A DNA stretch of 63,727 nucleotides, the filler included, from Octopus bimaculoides (lineage: Eukaryota): NCBI RefSeq assembly GCF_001194135.2. It is 5 parts of 4 records of this genome, joined end to end, with 100 filler letters (N's around TTAATTAATTAA, not from the genome) between each part and the next. Parts side by side here need not be neighbours in the genome. Positions count along the whole stretch, not along the records: positions 1 to 19,879 come from NC_068992.1; positions 19,980 to 41,633 come from NC_068983.1; 3 more parts are not named here. One strand, given 5' to 3'. Within the stretch, counting starts at the first letter, position 1; each line of letters starts with the position of its first letter. Positions 14,040 through 27,110 of this stretch are shown here, one piece after another. The notes under the pieces were generated by a model. The model did no database searches, was not told where the DNA came from, and worked only from the letters and a program-made list of their open reading frames with translations. The position numbers were made by a program, and so were the translations under genes.

Positions 14040-14700
14040 ATTAGCAGTTATGGCTATTTACTTCTTACAATGCAAAATATAGCAGCTTATACATAAATAT
14101 GGCTTTGTTGTGCATTCTGAACAGTGTGCGCTTACCAGTTGGCATTTCTTTTTAGATTCTTTTGATGATTTGGAACGTGTAGCATAGCATCCTGAGCAAC
14201 GCCTTCTCGTTTGTATTCAACTAGAAAACCTTTCAGTTGTTTCTTCAAATATGTGCTTTGAAATGAAAGCTTTTCGTTGTTGATTCCATTCTAAATCAAA
14301 CAATGCCATGACAAGCTCTTTAATTTTCCTTATTGTTTTTTTTCTTCTTCTTGCTGCTGAGATCGTTGTAATTGTCAAGAGCTTTAACAAGAGATCTTCC
14401 TAGGAGTAACTCAAACGCAACTCTGCTGTACCAAACCATAATTTTCTTCATCGCAGAAAAGTATCTTCATCTCTGATCCTCTCTGTGCACCCCTTATTAT
14501 ATTGAACAATTGCAACGGTTTTCGTTATTGAATACCTTTTTCTAATTTCATTTCCACTGTAATATTATTACGTTTGTCTAGTAGATTACAATCTGAATTT
14601 CTCACTCGTATTTCCAGTACCCAACTACTATTCCATTTTGCTCTTTCGTGTTTACTCCTCCTTTTCTTGGTGATGGATGAAGTCCGTAATTCCATGAAGA
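14040..14700 (-). mobile_element. piggyBac transposase 3' remnant
   Basis: GVHREDQ..YFSAMKKIMVWYSRVAFELLLG resembles the third-Asp region YNxxKGGVDxxDQ..KWYxK. After a frameshift comes the Cys-rich tail RRRCSGCY...HCSECTTKPYLCISC..LH. Confidence 0.75.
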
Positions 14701-15356
14701 TACTAAGGACCTGTATATACACGAAAGCACCACCAGCATCCATATCCCCTGGAAAAGGATGAGTTGTGAACATTATTCTCCTGCCTGTATTCTACCTTTA
14801 CTCTTTATTCTTCTATTTACTCCTTTATTTTTCTATTTCCTTGTCTAAAATATTCATGCCTTATCTCTGATCACGGTATACCCATTGCGTAGACATGCTA
14901 ACCTACCACTTGGGTTATCTCAGAAACGGCTATAAGACTTCAAATTCACCTTACCCTAATTAAATTATTCTAAATGACTTGAGATACTCGTTCTGCCTTA
15001 GTTTCACTTTTTTTTTTATCTAATATAATATAAATCTGATATAATGGAACTTTAATACGGATCCCTAGGTCCAGCCTCAGTTGTGGACTTGGAATCCAAT
15101 AAACAAACAACTATAGCATTTTCTCAGTGTACCTATTCGTTTAGATCACAAGTGAACTAAACCCATCATATTCTATACGCACACACACACACACACACAA
15201 ACACACACATACACACACACACACATACATGTGCGCGCGCGCGCTTATTCTTTTAGTCCTATACTTGTCTCAGTATATATAGTTATATATGTACGTATGT
15301 GTGTGTATGTTTGAGTATGTATGTGTGTATGTGTGTGTGAGAGAGTGTGTGTGTGT

Positions 15357-15399
<43 letters not shown>

Positions 15400-15406
<7 letters not shown>

Positions 15407-15565
15407 CGAGCTTCTTTCGGTTTCCGCCTACCAAATCCACTCACAACACTTTGGTGTCTCGAGGTTATAGTAGCAGAGACTTTCCTAGCTGGAACGCAGT
15501 CAGACCGAACCCAGAACCATGTGGTTCGAAAGTTAAATTTTTACCACTTGGCTACGCCTGCGCCT
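15400..15565 (-). mobile_element. SINE family C head (diverged)
   Basis: Reverse head ACCAAATCCACTCACAA..GAACCATGTGGTT. Confidence 0.7.
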
Positions 15566-15819
15566 GGCTCTCCAGAAAAAAAAAAAAAAAAAAATTATAT
15601 CTAAGCCACTAGTAAAAGAGAAAGTTTCCAGGCTTACTCGACTTGCCGTACTCCATCACGAAGGATGGATCTGCTGAAGCAACGCATTAACATGTAGATT
15701 CATGGTCTGAGATCTTTTTTGGATTTGTCCGTAATTTTTTGCCCATCAAATGAGTCTGATTCAGTTGTAGAGACATGGATTTCATCAGAAGATGAGGGAC
15801 CAGATTCTATGAGAAGGTT

Positions 15820-16212
15820 GTTGTTGTTGCTGGCACTCTGTCGCTTACGACGTCGAGGGTGCCAGTTGATCCGATCAACGGAACGGCCTGTTCGTGAAAT
15901 TAACCTGCAAGTGGCTGAGCACTCCACAGACGTGTGTACCCTTAACGTAGTTCTCGGGGATATTCAGCGTGACACAGTGTGACAAGGCTGGCCCTTCGAA
16001 TTACAGGCACAACAGAAACAGGAAGTAAGAGTGAGAGAAAGTTGTGGCGAAAGAGTACAGCAGGGTTTGCCACCCCACCCCCTGCCGGAGCCTGGTGGAG
16101 CTTTAGGTGTTTTCGCTGAATAAACACTCACAACGCCCGGTCTGGAAATCGAAACCGCGATCCTATGACCGAGAGTCCGCTGCCCTAACCACTGGGCCAT
16201 TGCGCCTCCACT
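15820..16212 (-). mobile_element. SINE family B with 10-bp TSD
   Basis: TSD TGAGAAGGTT at 15810-15819 and 16213-16222. Confidence 0.93.
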
Positions 16213-17415
16213 TGAGAAGGTTACAAGTCACTATTATCACCATCATTGGCCAACTAAACTTTGCACTTCATAGAATTTTTGTTTGGTCAAAGTGAAGCTG
16301 TCGAAGCTTATATATATAATTTCAGATCTAATCTGTAGAAAGAATCATAAATAACTAGAAAAAAACCTTTCATAAATGGATGCTAAACCCTTTTTAACAT
16401 ATATAGTACTACTGCGTTTCTCGAAAATGCATACATAATGCACACACATGTATGTATTCATACTTACACTCACGCGCACGATATATGTGGACGTATACAA
16501 GTACACAAATGCAAATATATTCAGGAACTTACTTACACGTGAAATTTAAACACTAAATAAATAAATAAAAAAGTCAAATGTACACATGTTTTATTATTGA
16601 AACTTCGATTCTGTGCTGTAAAATATTAAAAATATATAATCGAATACACACAAGCAACGACAACACAGGAAAAAATGCGTATTAAGGTAAATTAAAATTT
16701 AGTTTTACAAGGTATTTTCAAATATGAAACACGAGATATACGAATAAATAAAATAAAACCTCAAAGAACGATAAAATAGACTTCAAAGCTTTATTGTTAT
16801 CTATATTGAAGACCAATTTGTAATATTCAAGGGTTGAATTAGAAATGTTTTACATTTGAATGAAATCAGAACAGGAAACAGGTAAAAAAATGAAACAAGT
16901 CAATAAAATTATAATATACAAAGCATTTTTTTTTCTATCATTACAATATTTTAAAGTTTCAGATATGCCAGTACATTTGTCAAATATTTATATATGACAA
17001 TGTGAATACGAAATATATAGATATGCAAGCTCACTGACACAAGCACAAAAAACTTATGTATCCATGCGTGTAAAAACTTTGTTTGTGTGTAAGCGTGCGT
17101 GCATGCGTGTGCGTAAGTATCAATTTGTGTATATTCATACACATGCAAACGCACACACACGTACACACACGCGCACATACATATGAGATGGTATGCTCGC
17201 ACATACGAATGCAATTAGTATTACTTGTTAGGTGGGGGGGGGGGTAGTTAAGTGGATGATATTTAAGGCAATGGCTGACACGCTTAATTGATTAACTCCG
17301 TAGGATGAGGACAAAGTCCACTAATTCATTGGGATGTGAACTCTGCACACAATCGAAAGAAACACTGCCAATCTTCTTCTTCTTATTATTATTATTGTTG
17401 TTGTTGATGTTGTTA

Positions 17416-17626
17416 AGGCAGCGAGCTGGCTGTATTGTTAGTAGGCTGGACGAAATGCTTAGCAGCATTTCGCCCGACGCTACGTTCTGAGTTCAAATTC
17501 CGCCGAGGTCGACTTTGCCTTTCATCCTTTCGGGGTCGATAAATTAAGTATGAGTGAGACAATGGGTCGATGTAATCGACTAATCCCCTTCCCCTAAATT
17601 GGAGGCCTTATGCATCCAGTAGAAAG
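17416..17626 (+). mobile_element. SINE family A
   Basis: Full copy. Confidence 0.9.
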
Positions 17627-17632
17627 GACTAT

Positions 17633-17637
17633 TATTA

Positions 17638-17671
<34 letters not shown>

Positions 17672-17682
17672 CATCATCATCA

Positions 17683-17720
<38 letters not shown>

Positions 17721-17730
17721 GTTATTATTA
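17633..17730. repeat. (TTA)n/(TCA)n microsatellite
   Basis: Direct reading. Confidence 0.95.
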
Positions 17731-17919
17731 TCTTTCAGCCGGCGAACAGGCAAAACTATTAGTGCATCGGACAAAATGCAAAATTGATTAAAATGAATAC
17801 AGATGCTAAGAAATAAGTCATGTATTTGTGTGCCTGTGTGTGTATATGTATATATATATATATACATATATAGATAGAGAGAGAGGTAGAGAGAGATATA
17901 GATAGATTACATATCATAT

Positions 17920-17988
<69 letters not shown>

Positions 17989-19518
17989 TATGGCAGGTAC
18001 GCAGTCGAGGCTGGTTGTAGGGGGATCCCTGTTCAGTTAGCATGGAAGATGCTTACAGTCATTGGAATGAGAGGAAAGGAGTAAAGGGTGGCTGTGCGCA
18101 GGATCGGAGAGTCAGCCGAAAGAGCCTGTTGTTGGCTTTGGAGCAAGACAGAGTGAAGGTGGAAGCCGAGAGGAGATGAAAAGCAGTGATTTGGTCACCT
18201 CTTCTCATCCGCCAACGGGAGGGTCTAGCGCTTTAGGTTCGAAACACCTAATCAGTGCTGGACACCGTCTGAGGACAACAGTTACTCCTGGCCAAAGCTT
18301 CATTCACCTTAATGAATGGAAAACGCACCTCTTTCTAGGTGTTATTAACATATATATATGTACATACACACATGTGTGTATTGAGAAAAAGGAAGCAGTC
18401 AGAATTCTTTATTAGTGCTTTCGTTTCTTCAAGACAAAAACTGATATCAAAATTGTTTTAATTTTTGTCATGAAGAGTCTGGTTAAATGAACGAAAGCGC
18501 TAAGAAAGAATTATCCAAAATTCTGACTGCCTTCTTTTTCTCAATACACTATGTCTGTATACCACTTCAAACACTTTATACATACATACACACACATGCA
18601 CGTGCACACGCACATATATGTGTGTGCGTGTCTATGTGTGTGTGTGTATGTATGTGTGTTTATTAACAGCCCTTTCGTTGGAGATCTATTCAATCGACAA
18701 GATCTAGAATTTCGTGTTGATAATTAAGAACTTTACGGACTTCAGATATAAGCTTGACAGACCTCGAACGCATATTTGAAGCAAATTTAGAGATCTCGGC
18801 TCAAAACAGGGTTAATCCTAATTCATAAATATATGAAAATAATGGAATATATGAAAATGGTAGAATGAGTTTTGTATTGCTCTTTTCTGATAGCTTAACG
18901 GCTGTAAAGAGCAAAAGCTTAACCTCTATGATGAGTAGAAACCGTTGCTCGCTTATCGGTACTGGTCTTATCGATACATGGCAGCTACTAATTTGTGGAA
19001 AAAAATAATCAATTTCGAACGTCACCTTTATCGGAAGTTCATCTAAATAGATTTATTAATGAAAATATCTTCAATAGTTAAATTAGCAAAATCTTGTTCT
19101 TGGCTTAAGAACTGTTAAAAAAGAAAAAAATGGCGTTAGAGATTGTCCGATAATGGGCTTTTACACAGTATTTCAAATGCATTTACTTCATCATCAAGGA
19201 CTTCAAATAAACCAATATCACCTAATTACATACCTTGTGGCTCAATAAAAGGAACATGTTTATTTATGTATGCATGTTTGTTTTGTATGTACATAATTGA
19301 ATATATATTTAATATGTAAATGTATGTATGTATGTGTGTGGAGAGAGAGGTGGAGAGAGGATTCATAAATACGTAGACAGGCAGGCAGAGGGCAAAACTG
19401 ATAAATAGATGTATCCATGCGTTTATAAATACATACATACATACATACATACATACATACATAAACACATACTACAATATGTATGGTGTTTTGTAGATAA
19501 ATTTATGCTTTGGACGCT

Positions 19519-19878
19519 TTATTTGAATTTGTGTTCTGAGAGAGGGACTGCCAGGGATATATCAGGTAGTTCTTTCATAAATGAGTCCTTACCCCACAGC
19601 CAGTACGTTGTCATTACTCCACGACCCTTTACTTCTCTTTTCCCTCTACATTCTAAGCTATAACCGCCTAAGGAATCAAGGAGTGCTGCAGTACTCTCGC
19701 TCACTTGAATGTGTAATGCATAAGAACTAGACTGCATTCTGGAAGCTGTGTTGACTGTGTCTCCGAACAGACAAAATCTAGGCATTAGTTTCCCCACTAC
19801 GCCACTTACTACCGGACCAGAATGCATACCCACTCGTAACTGCAGAACGTCAGTTTCCATCGGGTCAACATGGAGTAT
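19519..19878 (-). CDS. Guanylyl cyclase catalytic domain, C-terminal part and stop (terminal exon, 5'-truncated by assembly gap)
   Basis: Open frame [67 protein letters not shown]...[19 protein letters not shown]...KFK* matches the class III cyclase signature. Cys in (Y/F)CLFG indicates GTP specificity. The frame stays open up to the N gap at 19880; TAA at 19519-19521. Confidence 0.95.
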   Translation of the reverse strand: MLHVDPMETDVLQLRVGMHSGPVVSGVVGKLMPRFCLFGDTVNTASRMQSSSYALHIQVSESTAALLDSLGGYSLECRGKREVKGRGVMTTYWLWGKDSFMKELPDISLAVPLSEHKFK

Positions 19879-19879
19879 A

Positions 19880-19979
19880 NNNNNNNNNNNNNNNNNNNNN
19901 NNNNNNNNNNNNNNNNNNNNNNNTTAATTAATTAANNNNNNNNNNNNNNNNNNNNNNNNNNNNNNNNNNNNNNNNNNNN
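19880..19979. other. Artificial contig join N44-TTAATTAATTAA-N44
   Basis: Exactly 100 bp, linker at 19924-19935. The linker has stops in all six frames; the construct recurs four times identically. Confidence 0.95.
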
Positions 19980-20022
19980 AACATAAAATAATAATAATAT
20001 TAATAATAATAATAATAATAAT

Positions 20023-20345
20023 AGCCATGTGTTGAGAGGAATTCTTTGGGGTTTGGATAATTCACCTTTGGAAACATGGGTGTTTTGTTCAACATCCTTA
20101 AACAACTCTTATTCAGGGACCATTTGAGCAGGATGAGCTATTCGACCGGAAGAAAATTCTCACTTGGCCCCCACCTGCAAGGTCATGCACTGTTTATCTT
20201 GAAATGAGATCACCATGTCAGGCACATATGGTTGTGATGCATGTGCCTGGTGTACCCTTATCAGACAGGTAGTCATGATGGGTATATTGGGTTTTATATA
20301 TTTTACCCCAGTGTCATTTCGATGGCATGCACTGCATTCTCACTC
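20023..20345 (+). mobile_element. Short element embedded in an (AAT)n tract, probably the 3' part or a non-autonomous derivative of a TAA-targeting non-LTR element
   Basis: About 320 bp of complex sequence flanked by (AAT)n on both sides (about 19987-20022 and 20346-20424). No ORF identified. Confidence 0.5.
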
Positions 20346-20427
<82 letters not shown>

Positions 20428-20515
20428 TGGACGAGGAGGAAGNNNNNNNNNNATAATAATGTGGACGAGGAGGAAGAGAGAGAGGGAGGAGGAGGAGGAG
20501 GAGGAGGAGGAGGAG

Positions 20516-20553
<38 letters not shown>
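20346..20553. repeat. (AAT)n, (GGA)n and (GAC)n tracts around a 10-N gap
   Basis: Direct reading. Confidence 0.95.
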
Positions 20554-20554
<1 letters not shown>

Positions 20555-21091
20555 AATGCCGACGGCGGCGGTGATGACGACAATAACAAAGTTTTATTTG
20601 AAGACAAAAAAAAAACAATTCAAGAAATATTTAGACCGTGGAAAGTAGGTATTTTTAATTTAATAATTATCTGTTTTATCGTTAAAATGCTTTAGATTAT
20701 ATGCTTTAGATTATACGCCTCTAGATTTAACCGTTTTAGATTATACGCCTCTAGATTTTAACTAAGTGTAAGTTAGTTGCGAAAAATAGGGCTTTATTTA
20801 ATTAGACCAAATTATATATAACGTTAAATTTTAGCACAATTATAGACATCATGACATCTAATGAATGTTTGGCATGCCTTCCTCTTAACTTATCATTTAC
20901 TATATATGATAATAAAATTAAAACCGTGGCAATGCGACCAGGTTAAATGTTTCAAGTGCTGACTCTCTATTTAGAAATAAAATCACTCGTGTGTAATAGT
21001 CACCTAGTTAGTATGTGCTCTCTTGATTTTTGAAGTAGGAACAAACTCGTAATCAGAAAATGAAATCATAGTCAACGAGATTACTATTCGT

Positions 21092-21298
21092 TTCACATTT
21101 TGGCACATGGCCAGTAATTTAGGGGTAGGGGCAAGTCGATTACATCGACCCCAGTGCTCAACTGGTTCTTATTTTATCGACCACGAAAGAATGAAAGATA
21201 AAATCAGCCTCGGCAGAATTTGAACTCAGAAGGTAGACGAAATGCTACTAAATAGTTTTTGCCCGACGAGCTAACAGTTCGACCAGCTCGCTGCCTTT
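21092..21298 (-). mobile_element. SINE family A
   Basis: Reverse copy; another partial reverse copy at about 23160-23315. Confidence 0.85.
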
Positions 21299-22792
21299 AA
21301 TTAATAGCAATAACCCATGCAAATGTCTTTATATATTTAAATTTACTCAAGAGAACTTACTTTAAAATTGTTTAAAACGTCTGTCTCATGCCCACCAGCT
21401 GATAGGACAGGAGCTTTTGCCGGTTTCGTAGCGTTTAAAACTCACCCTTATATGAGACACCAGTCTGTTGAAAGGTCACCCTACCACTCAGCACTCATTG
21501 GTACTCATTTTAAGGTAAGTTGATTGAAACAATATGGACTGGCGGGTTTTGATCAAGAACACAACGCGTTTTTGAACAAGAACACTCCTTCCAAGAATCG
21601 CACCCTGATCTTTACAATCATCGACCCAACACTCAAACTTATACGTCACGCACTTTCACTTAAAACTGCTTAGAGACAGAATAAAGGAATACTATATAGT
21701 TGCAATGAAACACTTTACGGTACGTACATAAGCACAATCATAACACTCACCCACACACACATACACACATACACACACAATGAGTTGTATGTATAAAATT
21801 ATGTAGCACAAAAAAATAATAAGGGTGAATAAAATTCATTCCGAAGTTCATGAGGTTCAATAACGATTACTAAGAAGGAAATAAAACCTTGCCGGATTCT
21901 CGAAAAACAAATAAAATATTTTCGTGAAAATATAACAATAAAATCAGATATTTAAAAGTATTAAAATGCATCGATAAGCGTACAGGGCAAATTTATGAGT
22001 GTACTTGACATGTGTTTTGTGTATTTAGTAAACTTGTTAATGCACATTATATCTTTGAGGAATATTTGGCTGTTAATATTTAGTGGAACCAGGAAAAGTT
22101 TTTCAAAAAGATTCTTTAAGTAAAGCTAGTGAGTTCAAAATGTTTAGCTAAATATTTTTAGTGGTGGGTGGTGGAATTTATAATAAGTAATGAAATTCCA
22201 TGCATTTATTGGTCATACTAGCGACAATTAATATGTGGAGAGGAATACGGCCGATTGGTGTGAGATTCAAAAATGGCGATATAAACTTTTCTCATCGATT
22301 CAGATATAAACCTTTGGTCGTAAGATTTTATAATTACTCGGAGGTTTCTGGGACCATGGATGAGCAGTTATGGTAATTAGTTCAGTTTTTACATGCAATT
22401 TTGATAACCAGCTTCAAATGTTTCCTTTCAGGTTCGGAAAATTGTCGTATGAAAAGCAACAATTTAACACCAAAGTTGGGTTACGTGACCAGTGATATTT
22501 CAACTCTAAGAGAGCTGAACAAAGCTGGTTGGCTGCTGTAGATAACTACCTGCCCGATTATGTATATGTAAATTTGTGTGCAAGCGTGCGAGACAGAAAC
22601 GATAGGAGACTGTAAAGAGTAATGTCTCATTCACATACGCATACTTAAATGCGCATGTACACATACATATATGCACATATGTGCTCAACCCTCCAACACA
22701 CACAAGCTTGAAAGTACAAGCAGGAGAAAGTTACTCAGTACATGTAACAGAGTTTATTCGTTCATTCGTTCGAAGTTGATGCCTCTGTCTCG

Positions 22793-22849
<57 letters not shown>

Positions 22850-24575
22850 ATACACACACACACACACGCATATCAAAAATCAAATAAAAATCTTTTAATG
22901 CGAGTGCCCCATTGGTTTTTACAGGTAATTCGTCAGCCATTTAATTTGTAACTCCCTTTAGATCACAGAAAGTGAATTATTATTATAGATAATTACCTGA
23001 TGATATCTAAGATAGATATACTACTACACAGTATAAAGCAATTCAGTATATGACTCGTAATTACTTTATCTACTGCAGAAAGATAAAATGCTAAGTCGAC
23101 CATAGGGTGATTTGAACTCCCATAGCATTATGCCCGTCGTTCAACCAATCCTTTAATAATCTTTTCTACTATTGGCACAAGGCCCGATCGAAAATCTGGT
23201 GGGGATGGGGGCGAGTCAATTGCATCGACCCTAGTGCTTGACTGATACTTAGGTTATTGACCTAAAAAAATATGAAAGGAAAAGTCGACTTCAGTGGCAT
23301 TTGAACTCAGAACATAAAGAAAAACTATCCTTTAATAATAGGTTAAACTAGATAAAGGAAAATAGGTTATAACCCAACAAAACCACCGAGATAAATGAAG
23401 CTAGTTTTACTCACCAGTATTTATTATTCAAGGAGAAAAAAAAAATTGAGCAATATTCAAAATTTCTTTAACTTATAAAAATTGTCTCCTCTGTTTTCTC
23501 ATTTTACCTTTCCAATTTCTTTCTCTTTTCTATTCCTTTTTCTCATCCGCCTCTCTCTCTCTCTCTCTCGCTCTCTCTCTCTCTTTCTCTCTCCCTCTCG
23601 CTCTCTCTCTCTTTCTCTCTCTCTCTCTTTCTCTTTCTCTCTCTCTTTCTCTCTCTCCCCACCTCTTCAAAACGTCTTCTCCAAACCACCAAACATGCCC
23701 TAACAAAGATGGCAAACGTTACAGATAATTACTACTGTTCTACACATACTGAAGATTAAGCAGCTGGTCACAAGCAAGAACCCTTCAATATAAGTCATTC
23801 GTGAGTTTTAATTCTCGAGGCAAAAAACATGGTTCCTTTTCAAACAGGATCTGTATTACAATACAATGAGTAAACAAAACTTGTTAGTGTTTCGAGCCCA
23901 CGCGTGATCTCTGCTGTCTTTATTATATCATTTGTTTCATAACATTCAAAATTCTAGACACTCTTCTGTGCTTTGTAATTGATTGCTACACGAAAGAAAA
24001 GAATAGGTTACGTTATGACCGAAATAATACTTGCATTAGAATAATTTCAATGAATGTGCCTGTTGACCAATAAGATTTCAGTTTCATTCAAGTATTTGTT
24101 TCCTGGTGTAAGATTCATAAGCCAGTAATTATGATTTTCCCACCTCGTGCAACCCACGCATCCTTTTCAAAATTACTTCACTCTCTCTTTAAAAGTTACT
24201 ACATTATCTCACATATCGTTTTAAGTAACTCACGCTGTTTCTCTCATCTGTAGCTATCCACAGTGTCTTCCCTTAATTTGTATCCTAATGATCCCTTCCT
24301 ATTTAAGTCCTTTTGAATAACTGTCTTACATTCACAGTATTCCTGTTCCGAAATGACAAACTGCTTTATTCTTTCAGTCTACTAACCTTACCTTACTGCA
24401 TCTCGTAAATTCCTACAATGTCACATCTTACCTCCTAAAGGGCCTTAGGTGTCTCATATTATACAACTTTTACCTCATTTACCCAAACATTTGAGCTCAC
24501 TTACAACCATCTTTTAAATACATCTACACACTCTCATTCTACGTTCTGAATGCCTCTAAATTCACTCTCACTTAA

Positions 24576-24612
<37 letters not shown>

Positions 24613-25591
24613 GAAATACTAACAAAATTCAGACTTTCAAACCAGCAACCCAACCAAGCTTCCTAGATTGTGGAAGCAAGCCACAATTCTCAGCGAAGGA
24701 ACCTCTTTGATAGCTTTGCGAACTTTTTATATCGGAGTCATACTGATTTTTACCAGTATGAGGGCTTTGATAACAGAAGCTTTATATAAGTCATTTGACA
24801 AATAAGTATTAACTCCAAACACAATTTCTTTCCACACTTTAAAAAGTCACTTTAATTTTGTCTGAAACTTTTGCTTTTAGAGAGATAAAATGTCAATTCT
24901 GCTAGCACGTTAAATATCGAGAAATGGTTTCGGCCGCATTTTGAATGTGGGTTATAGAAAGCTCGCCTTTATTTCGAGAACGCTTGCTGCTTTTCTGAAA
25001 TTACAAGAAATTTAAGTGAAATATAATATTTGTCACAAATATGAGATGTTTAAGGTTATTATTCCTTATTCCTTACAGCAAATAGTTTGTTCCGTCTTAA
25101 GAACTTCCTGTATTTATTAGTCTCTTTGAAATCTACTGTTTCGCTTTTACAAACACTATATTGATATTTGATGAGTGGACGTTAGAATTGGTAGAGCGTC
25201 GGATAAGATGTATTGTGGTAAGTGGTTGTGTCCCCTTACGTTCCGAATTTAAATCCTATATTGATTGGCATTGGTTTTTCATCCTTTCTATGTCAATACA
25301 AAACTAATTGAGGGGATGAATTAATGAGAAAGCTTTTATGCAGCCGTTACACTTGCTAGAAACAACAGCCAAACTATACTCATTCTGCATACTGCCGTCT
25401 CTAAAAAACAAAGATACAATAAATCTTGGATATCGATAAAAACAAGATCATTGTCTGTTCGATCAGAATTTACTTGGAGCTAAACAACAACTGCAACAAA
25501 ACGTAAGTACTAGAATCAATGGAATCAACCATATGTGCCCTAGAACAGTGATGACGTACTTTTCGACATGTCGATATTTTATATATTTTAA

Positions 25592-25805
25592 AGGTGGAGA
25601 GCTGGCAGAAACGTTAGCACGCCGGGCGAAATGCTTAGCGGCATTTCGTCTGTCTTTACGTTCTGAGTTCAAATTCCGCCGAGGTCGACTTTGCCTTTCA
25701 TCCCTTCGGGGTCGATAAATTAAGTACCAGTTGCGTACTGGGGTGAATCTAATCGACTAGCTCCCTCTCCCCAAAATTTCGGGCCTTGTGCCTAGAGTAG
25801 AAAAG
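25592..25805 (+). mobile_element. SINE family A with 19-bp TSD
   Basis: TSD GATATTTTATATATTTTAA at 25573-25591 and 25806-25824. Confidence 0.95.
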
Positions 25806-26678
25806 GATATTTTATATATTTTAATAATCCCATTATTAGAGTGTCACTTGCATGAACATGTGTATTTTACTTTTTGACAAATGCCTGTAGATAAGCCGCC
25901 AGTTTTTCGAATTTATTTACAAAACTAAGAGTTTAATAACATGCAACTTAAGATCTTATAATAAACTTATGAAACTAGGATAACAAAGCAAAATTTTACA
26001 ACTTTCCTTAAACTTAATGATATATCTAGTTAAAACAGCTCAATGCTTTATGCGAGAGGTATAGTTTGTACATACATAGGCAGCATCTGTTTCTCTTGTA
26101 CATTTTTTAGTGTTGAGAACAATGTGTCATGTAAAGAGGTTGGTGAGAAAATGGTTAGAAGCGCCTTTGCAAGAATTTTAAGAGCACCAAACTTTAAGAA
26201 AGTAATGTCAAACTATCAGAAACTTCACAGTGTGAATATTTATTCACAATTTGTATATGTTCATGTTCAGTTTCTTCTAAATCAGCACTAATTGTAATAT
26301 AGTTTTACTTTTAAATAAGACTGGAAGTCGATCAGCTGAGCTGTTAGATCTCTCAAATGCAATCACTCAAACGCATCTAATTTCAAATCTGTGAAATCTG
26401 CTTCATCGCGATATTTTATAAATGACATTGTTTTCTTTAACCCTCTGAACTGCACAAAACTAGAAAGAAACTTCAAGATTTTTAGGGCTGGTTTTTTCAA
26501 AAAACTTTCTTCTACTTGAGAAATTTACACATTTTGCACCCTGTAATCTCTATAAAAATTAAAAAAAGATACAATGAATAATGTAATTTTGGATATCGAA
26601 AAAGACAAGATCATTGTCTGTACGATCAGAATTTACATGGAGCTAAACAATAACAACAACAACAACATCAGCAACATC

Positions 26679-26764
<86 letters not shown>

Positions 26765-26767
<3 letters not shown>

Positions 26768-27110
26768 CTATTGTCATAGGTGCCCTGGGAATGACAGCGA
26801 AACGGGCTGATTACTACCTAGCTCAGATAACAGGAAACCCCCAAATGGCTGAAGTTCAAAAGATAGTGTTCATGGGAACTGCCCATATCCTACGTAAAAT
26901 ACTGTCTATGTGATCTCAAATTTTAAAACAAACACATAATTTTCTTATGGTTTCTTAAACATTCTCTAGAACAACACTATGTACAAATCCAAATATATGG
27001 TACCCTAGGCATAACACCTACATGAACTTCTAACTTGTTGTCTCTTGAGGTCTCTGGGTGAGACTTGGATCCAACTTGCACAAATGCAAAGCAAAAGTCA
27101 AACATAAAAA
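26765..27110 (+). mobile_element. 5'-truncated Dong/R4-type retroelement (RLE C-terminus + 3' UTR)
   Basis: IPIVIGALGMTAKRADYYLAQITGNPQMAEVQKIVFMGTAHILRKILSM*, then a UTR ending in A-run/(AAT)n. Inserted in a (CAA)n(TAA)n microsatellite. Confidence 0.85.

Noticed and set aside
20416-20480. Direct duplication AATAATGTGGACGAGGAGGAAG on both sides of a 10-N gap
   Set aside because: Unmerged contig overlap (negative gap), an artefact.
20459-20695. Acidic poly-E/poly-D ORF
   Set aside because: (GGA)n(GAC)n microsatellite next to a gap, with no complex coding sequence or splice support.
22997-23040. CTGATGA as a hammerhead core
   Set aside because: No GAAA box after the putative stem II and no stem I/III.
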